The position numbers and the translations under genes were made by a program. From NCBI RefSeq assembly GCF_000284115.1, contig NC_017080.1, positions 3,030,001-3,062,000 of the forward strand: a stretch of 32,000 nucleotides of DNA, read 5' to 3'. Origin of the DNA: Phycisphaera mikurensis NBRC 102666 (lineage in GTDB: Bacteria > Planctomycetota > Phycisphaerae > Phycisphaerales > Phycisphaeraceae). Shown piece after piece: positions 27,274-32,000 of the stretch. Below the pieces are notes generated by a model that was not told the origin of the DNA, did not search any database, and saw only the letters and a list, made by a program, of their open reading frames with translations. How positions within the stretch are numbered: the first letter of the stretch is position 1; each line of letters starts with the position of its first letter.

Positions 27274-28119
27274 ATGCTTCCTCCCAGCGAGTCCGCCGAC
27301 GACGCCGACCCGCCGCGGCCGCTGCGGGCGGGCGCGGTCTTCGAGCGCCTGTGGCTGCGGCGGGCGGACGGGCGGCTGACGCTGTCGAGCCGCGGGCCGG
27401 TGGCGCGGTGGCTGCTGCCGGCGATCAACACGCTGCCGGCGCTGTGCCTGCTGCCCGCGGCGGCGGCGTGGGCCCTCATCGGCTGGGGGTTGATGAACCC
27501 GACCCCCGCGGCGCCGCCGCCGGCCGCGGGGGTCGCGGTCGTGATGGTGGCGATGGTGCTGGCTGGCGGCCTGCTCCCCCTGCTGCTCATCCTGAGCCTG
27601 CTGGCGTGGTGCGGCGTCGGTCGCGGCGTGGCGATCGAGCTCGACGCCGATCGGCAACGCTGCCGGGTGCGGCGCTCGCGCCTCGGCCTGCCCGCGGCCA
27701 TCATCGCGTGCGAGCTGGCAGACGCGAGCATCACGCTCCGGCGGCGCACCGCGGTGGGGGGCGGGCCGGAGGGGCGGAGGGGAGCGCCGGGCCGCGCCCG
27801 CTCCATCGGAAGCGGCTTGCTGATCGTCCTGGCCCTGATCAACCCGCTGTTCCTCATCCTCTCGCTGGCGATGGGGCGGCGGCGGTCCGCGGTGGACCCC
27901 GCGAACCCGCGGCCGACCTTCGCGCTGGACGTGACCGCGGACGGACACCAGCCCTTCGGCAGGCGGCTCGTCTGCGCCGGACAGGCGGCCTCCGCCGCCG
28001 AGGCCTTCGTCGCCGCCTGGGAACGAGCCCGCCGCGAGCGGTTCCGCTCCGGTTTCGAGCCCGCAGCCGGGGCACGCGCCGGGCTCCACGAGGCCCCAGC
28101 CCCTTCCCGAGCCCGATGA
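27274..28119 (+). CDS. Hypothetical membrane protein
   Basis: Open frame with two long hydrophobic helices (WLLPAINTLPALCLLPAAAAWALIGWGLM; GVAVVMVAMVLAGGLLPLLLILSLLAW) and a third later; Met at 27274 preferred over 27130. Confidence 0.6.
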   Translation: MLPPSESADDADPPRPLRAGAVFERLWLRRADGRLTLSSRGPVARWLLPAINTLPALCLLPAAAAWALIGWGLMNPTPAAPPPAAGVAVVMVAMVLAGGLLPLLLILSLLAWCGVGRGVAIELDADRQRCRVRRSRLGLPAAIIACELADASITLRRRTAVGGGPEGRRGAPGRARSIGSGLLIVLALINPLFLILSLAMGRRRSAVDPANPRPTFALDVTADGHQPFGRRLVCAGQAASAAEAFVAAWERARRERFRSGFEPAAGARAGLHEAPAPSRAR

Positions 28120-28226
28120 TCCGCCTCCGAGGAGAAGCCCCGGCCGTGCGGGATGGAGCGCGAACGCCGGGCAGACCGGCCTCGGAGCGACGGCGTCCGC
28201 CGCGGATCGCGACCAAGAAGAACGGC

Positions 28227-28829
28227 CTACCCCGTCGGCGCTGTCCAAGGCACGTCCGCCACGCCGGCGGCGTGGTTCGCGTAGCGGGCCATCGCGAAGA
28301 GCAGATCCGACAGGCGGTTCAGGTAGACGCCGGTCGGCGGCTCGTCGCCCTGGTGGTCCTCGTCCACGTCGTCCTGCTCCTCCACGCGGCCGAGGCTGAC
28401 GCAGCAACGCTCCGCGCGCCGGCAGATCGTGCGGGCCAGGTGCAGCCGGGCCGAGAGCTCGGTGCCGCCGGGGAGGATGAAGCTGGTCATCGCGGGCACG
28501 GCCGCGTCGACGGTGTCGATCCAGCCCTCGATCTCGGCGATGTGCTCGGGCCCGATCCGGGGCACCATCCGGCCGCCCTTCCCGTCGCGCTTGGGCGTGG
28601 CGAGGTCGGCGCCGATCTCGAAGAGGCGGCGCTGGATCGATCCCAGCGGGCCGGCGATGAGCGAGAGGCCTTCTCCCGCCGCTTCGAGCCGCACGGCGGC
28701 GAGACCCACGGCGGCGTTGAGCTCGTCGACGGTGCCGTAAGCCTCCACCCGCAGGTGGTCCTTGGGGACGCGTCCGCCGCCGAACAGGTCCGTGAGGCCG
28801 CGGTCGCCCCGCTTGGTGTAGAGCTTCAA
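28227..28829 (-). CDS. PduO-type cob(I)alamin adenosyltransferase; proposed TTG start
   Basis: (M)KLYTKRGDRGLTDLFGGGRVPKDHLRVEAYGTVDELNAAVGLA...FILPGGTELSARLHLARTICRRAERC...YLNRLSDLLFAMARY. TTG at 28829 overlaps the TGA of the upstream gene. Confidence 0.93.
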   Translation of the reverse strand: MKLYTKRGDRGLTDLFGGGRVPKDHLRVEAYGTVDELNAAVGLAAVRLEAAGEGLSLIAGPLGSIQRRLFEIGADLATPKRDGKGGRMVPRIGPEHIAEIEGWIDTVDAAVPAMTSFILPGGTELSARLHLARTICRRAERCCVSLGRVEEQDDVDEDHQGDEPPTGVYLNRLSDLLFAMARYANHAAGVADVPWTAPTG

Positions 28830-29224
28830 GGCATGCCTTCCATCTCGGAACCCAGAGCGACGATCGTGCCATCGCCGTCCCGAACGTACGCAACGGTCTG
28901 CCCCCAGGGGTGCTCGACGGGCGCGGCAAAGGCTTCGGCGCCGGAAGCGACCGCCCGCTCGTACGCGGCCTGCACGTCGTCGACCACGAAGCTGACCTCG
29001 AAGCCGATCGGACGGCGGGCGGCGTCGGTTTCGCGGTAGCTGCCGTCGAAGAGGGTCGCGGCGAGCCGATGGCTGGCGAAAGCCAGCTTCGTGGTGCCGG
29101 TGTCCAGCTCCCCGTAGTCGCCGCTCTCGTGCACGAAACCGGGCCGGACCCCGAAGGCCCGCTGCCAGAACGCGAGCGAGTCCTGCACCCGCTCCACGTA
29201 GACGATGGTGTGGGAGAAGCGCAT
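28826..29224 (-). CDS. VOC-superfamily (glyoxalase/bleomycin-resistance-like) protein
   Basis: MRFSHTIVYVERVQDSLAFWQRAFGVRPGFVHESGDYGELDTG...FEVSFVVDDVQAAYERAVASGAEAFAAPVEHPWGQTVAYVRDGDGTIVALGS. Confidence 0.9.
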   Translation of the reverse strand: MRFSHTIVYVERVQDSLAFWQRAFGVRPGFVHESGDYGELDTGTTKLAFASHRLAATLFDGSYRETDAARRPIGFEVSFVVDDVQAAYERAVASGAEAFAAPVEHPWGQTVAYVRDGDGTIVALGSEMEGMP

Positions 29225-29307
29225 GCCGGCGACCGTACCCCAAGCGCCGCGGCCGGAGGCCGGTTCGGCGGCCCGCTACCCTCGCCGCCCGCCGCCGGGC
29301 CGCCGCC

Positions 29308-30210
29308 ATGACCGAATCCACCCCCGGGCGGTCCGCCGCCGAACCCGCCTCCCCCGTGCTCAGCTCGCCGCTCGTCGACGTCCAGGGCAAGTCCGATGGG
29401 CGGCGCGTGCCGATCGACCGGGTCGGCGTGAAGAACGTCCGCTACCCCATCTCGCTGGCGACGCCCGCCGGGGGGGCGCACGCCGGCCCGCGCCAGCACA
29501 CCATCGCCCGGATCGACATGTACGTCTCGCTGCCCCACCACCAGAAGGGCACGCACATGAGCCGCTTCCTGGAGGTGCTCAACGAGCACCACGACGGGCT
29601 GCCCAGCCACGACGTGATGAACCTGTGCCGCGCCATCCGCGAGCGCCTCGAGGCCGAGGACGCGCACCTGCGGTTGGAGTTCCCGTACTTCATCGACAAG
29701 CGAGCCCCGGTGACCGGGCAGCCCGGCAAGCTGGACATCGAGGTCGTGCTTGAGGCCCACGCGAGCGGGAGCGAGCCGGGGCCCGACGCGCCGATCGGCC
29801 CGGCGAGCCCCGGCTTCACGATGACGGTGCGCGTCCCCGCCACCTCGCTGTGCCCGTGCAGCAAAGAGATCTCCGCCTACGGCGCCCACAACCAGCGTTG
29901 CGAGATGGAGGCAAGCGTCCGCTTCTTTCCCGGCAAGCGGATGTGGATCGAGGACCTCTTCGCGATCGTCGAGGGCTGCGCGAGCACCCAGGTGTTCTCG
30001 ACGCTCAAGCGGCCCGATGAGAAGTTCGTGACCGAGGCCGCTTACGACAACCCCAAGTTCGTGGAGGACATCGTGCGCGACCTCGCGATGGCGATGGAAG
30101 CCGACGACCGCGTGTCTTGGTACCGGGTGGGCAGCGAAAACTTCGAGTCCATCCACTCGCACAACGCGTACGCGCAGCTGGAGCACGCGAAGAGCGCGGA
30201 GCCGCAATGA
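29308..30210 (+). CDS. folE2: GTP cyclohydrolase FolE2 (MptA/FolE2 family)
   Basis: VGVKNVRYPI, QHTIARIDMYVSLPHHQKGTHMSRFLEVLN, TMTVRVPATSLCPCSKEISAYGAHNQRCEMEASVRF, IEDLFAIVEGCASTQVFSTLKRPDEKFVTEAAYDNPKFVEDIVRDLA, ENFESIHSHNAYA. Confidence 0.96.
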   Translation: MTESTPGRSAAEPASPVLSSPLVDVQGKSDGRRVPIDRVGVKNVRYPISLATPAGGAHAGPRQHTIARIDMYVSLPHHQKGTHMSRFLEVLNEHHDGLPSHDVMNLCRAIRERLEAEDAHLRLEFPYFIDKRAPVTGQPGKLDIEVVLEAHASGSEPGPDAPIGPASPGFTMTVRVPATSLCPCSKEISAYGAHNQRCEMEASVRFFPGKRMWIEDLFAIVEGCASTQVFSTLKRPDEKFVTEAAYDNPKFVEDIVRDLAMAMEADDRVSWYRVGSENFESIHSHNAYAQLEHAKSAEPQ

Positions 30211-30223
30211 AGGCCGCAGGAGC

Positions 30224-30346
30224 GAGCGAAGAAGCGGGGAAGCGGAGAAGCGAAGGCGTCGGCAGGCGCCGGCCGATGCGACACCGTGCTTCGATTCTCT
30301 GTGCCTGACCTCTTCGCTTCCCCTCCTCTTCGCTTCTTCGCTTGAG
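30224..30346. repeat. Imperfect purine/pyrimidine inverted repeat downstream of folE2
   Basis: GAGCGAAGAAGCGGGGAAGCGGAGAAGCGAAG (30224-30255) versus CTTCGCTTCCCCTCCTCTTCGCTTCTTCGCTTGAG (30312-30346), imperfect complements. Confidence 0.5.
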
Positions 30347-30389
30347 CGGCGCAGCCGCTGCCCGCCCCCCCGCCGAGCCCGACCAAGCG

Positions 30390-32000
30390 ATGTTCACCAA
30401 GCCCCTCACCCCGCTCTGGCGCAACCTCAGCTTCACGCTGATGTGGACCTCCACCGCCGCCAGCGGGTTCGGTGACCGCATGATGATGGTCGCGGCGCTC
30501 GCGCTGCTCGGGGCGCTCGGTGCGGCGTCGGAGTCGACGGCGCTCAACGCGGGCACGCAGTTCTGGTTCTTCCTGCCGTACCTGTTCTTCTCGCTGCCGG
30601 CGGGCTGGTTGAGCGACCACCTGCCCCGCAAGTGGGTGATGTTCTTCTGCGACGAGAGCCGCGCAGCCATCCTGTTCCTGGGCTTCTGGCTCATCCCACC
30701 CGATCTCACCACCGGCGGGATCCCGCTGGAGGATCACTGGAAGGTGATGGGCGTCCTATTTCTGGTCGGAACGGCGGCAAGCTTCTTCAACCCGGCACGC
30801 AGCTCGATCGTCCCGCAGGTGGTCGCTCCCAAGCAGCTGCAGGCCGGCAACGCGATCCTGCTGTCGATCAGCGTGATCGCCTCGATGATCGGCCTGGTGG
30901 TCGGCGGCTACCTGATCGATCCCGACGAGGGCTCGACGGTGAAGAACGGGCTCTGGCTCGCTTTCCTTCTGTACGCGGTCAGCGGGACCTTCTTCACCTT
31001 CATGCGGGTGAAGGACCCCGTGGTCGAGGATCCCGACGAACCACGTGAGAAGCGGACGCTGATGCAGGCCGCTCGGTACATCCGCTCGCACCCGAAGCTG
31101 ATCCGGCTGATGGGGCTGCACGCGATCGTGTGGGCGGGAGCGATGATCGTGTACTCGGCCGTCCTCGCGGTCGGCAAGATCAACTTCGAGCTTTCGGGCA
31201 ACGACCTCCTGGAGCACTTCGCCTGGATGGGCCCGGTGCTCGGCTTCGGGATGCTGGTGGGGGCGATCCTCGTCGGGCTGATCCGGACGCGGCGCGAGGT
31301 GGTGCTGCCGATGATGCTCAGCCTGCTGCTCGCGGGGCTGTGCGTCACCGTGGTCGCGTTCGTGAAGGTCTACTGGCTCGCGCTGCTGTGCTCGTTCTTG
31401 CTGGGTCTCTTCGGGAACATCACGATCATCAGCGCCCTGACGCTGCTGCAGAGCATCACGCCCAACTACATCCGCGGCCGGGTCATGGGCCTGGACTCGA
31501 TGAGCTCGACGGCGATGTCGGTGATCGTCTCGGCGATCGTCTACCAGATGCCCGACGCCGACCGGAACATCCTCACCGTGATGTACTTCGTGGGGCCGGT
31601 GATGTTCCTCATCGGGCTGGTGCAGCTGGTGCGGCACATGAAGTCGGGCCGGATGGACTCGGCGGCCGCGAACGTGTTCCGCCGCATCGAGCGGTGGTTC
31701 TGCCTGGTCTGGCACCGCCTGGAGTGGACCGACCTGCACCGCGTGCCCCGCACCGGCGGCGTCATCCTCGCGAGCAACCACACGACGGCGCTGGACCCCT
31801 TCCTGCTGCAAGCCGCCGTGCCCCGGCCGATCCGGTGGCTGATGCTCACGAGCTACCGCTTCAGAGCCTTCGAGCCGCTCTGGAGGACGATCGACCCGGT
31901 CTTCCTCGAAGTGGATCCGGCCTCCGACGAGGTCGCTCCGGGGCCGGCGCAGGTGCGGGACCTCGCGAAGCGGCTCCGGGGCGGCGACCTCGTCGGCGTC
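30390..32000 (+). CDS. MFS transporter fused to a PlsC-like 1-acyl-glycerol-3-phosphate acyltransferase domain (partial, runs off window)
   Basis: MFTKPLTPLWRNLSFTLMWTSTAASGFGDRMMMVAALALLGALG... multi-TM MFS with DRMMM near the N-terminus; then LHRVPRTGGVILASNHTTALDPFLLQAAVPRPIRWLMLTSYRF...FLEVDPASDE, an acyltransferase NHxxxxD-like motif (NHTTALD). Absent from the ORF track because no stop codon falls in the window. Confidence 0.85.
   Translation, partial: MFTKPLTPLWRNLSFTLMWTSTAASGFGDRMMMVAALALLGALGAASESTALNAGTQFWFFLPYLFFSLPAGWLSDHLPRKWVMFFCDESRAAILFLGFWLIPPDLTTGGIPLEDHWKVMGVLFLVGTAASFFNPARSSIVPQVVAPKQLQAGNAILLSISVIASMIGLVVGGYLIDPDEGSTVKNGLWLAFLLYAVSGTFFTFMRVKDPVVEDPDEPREKRTLMQAARYIRSHPKLIRLMGLHAIVWAGAMIVYSAVLAVGKINFELSGNDLLEHFAWMGPVLGFGMLVGAILVGLIRTRREVVLPMMLSLLLAGLCVTVVAFVKVYWLALLCSFLLGLFGNITIISALTLLQSITPNYIRGRVMGLDSMSSTAMSVIVSAIVYQMPDADRNILTVMYFVGPVMFLIGLVQLVRHMKSGRMDSAAANVFRRIERWFCLVWHRLEWTDLHRVPRTGGVILASNHTTALDPFLLQAAVPRPIRWLMLTSYRFRAFEPLWRTIDPVFLEVDPASDEVAPGPAQVRDLAKRLRGGDLVGV

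Noticed and set aside
26875-30207. 1110-aa minus-strand ORF
   Set aside because: Spans folE2 antisense and several other real genes; composition-driven shadow.

Overview
This is a very GC-rich chromosomal window. Its gene content (H-X9-DG prepilin-like protein, ASPIC/UnbV VCBS-repeat protein, MerR-like HTH/B12-fold protein) looks like Planctomycetota/Phycisphaerae, which is my inference. The most interesting part is ~2.0-15.3 kb, which reads as a red-algal galactan (agar/porphyran) utilisation locus. It encodes a GH86-like beta-agarase/porphyranase, a GPH-family sugar symporter, a secreted VCBS/ASPIC-UnbV protein, an enolase-superfamily protein (candidate 3,6-anhydro-L-galactonate cycloisomerase), an aldehyde dehydrogenase (candidate 3,6-anhydro-L-galactose dehydrogenase), a KduD-like SDR, a Zn-dependent MDR dehydrogenase and a GH117-like neoagarooligosaccharide hydrolase. 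A GntR/FCD regulator gene and a truncated ABC sugar permease lie at the left edge. Six copies of an AT-rich 12-mer palindrome (consensus RTTGTTGACAMT) occupy the promoter regions of this locus and look like operators of one regulon. Two of them overlap the -10 box of well-formed sigma70-like promoters. A second repeat family, a 46-bp hairpin with CCGCGGACCGC arms, occurs three times, twice exactly 10 nt after a stop codon. The rest is mostly housekeeping: pyruvate kinase, trmB, thrS, cobalamin adenosyltransferase, folE2 and an MFS-acyltransferase protein. It also holds an unusual ~1190-aa protein with two complete SF1 helicase/ATPase modules, directly followed by an IS200/RAYT-like gene that lacks the expected catalytic tyrosine. 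The track's longest ORFs on opposite strands are mostly GC shadow ORFs. No CRISPR, tRNA or rRNA was recognised.
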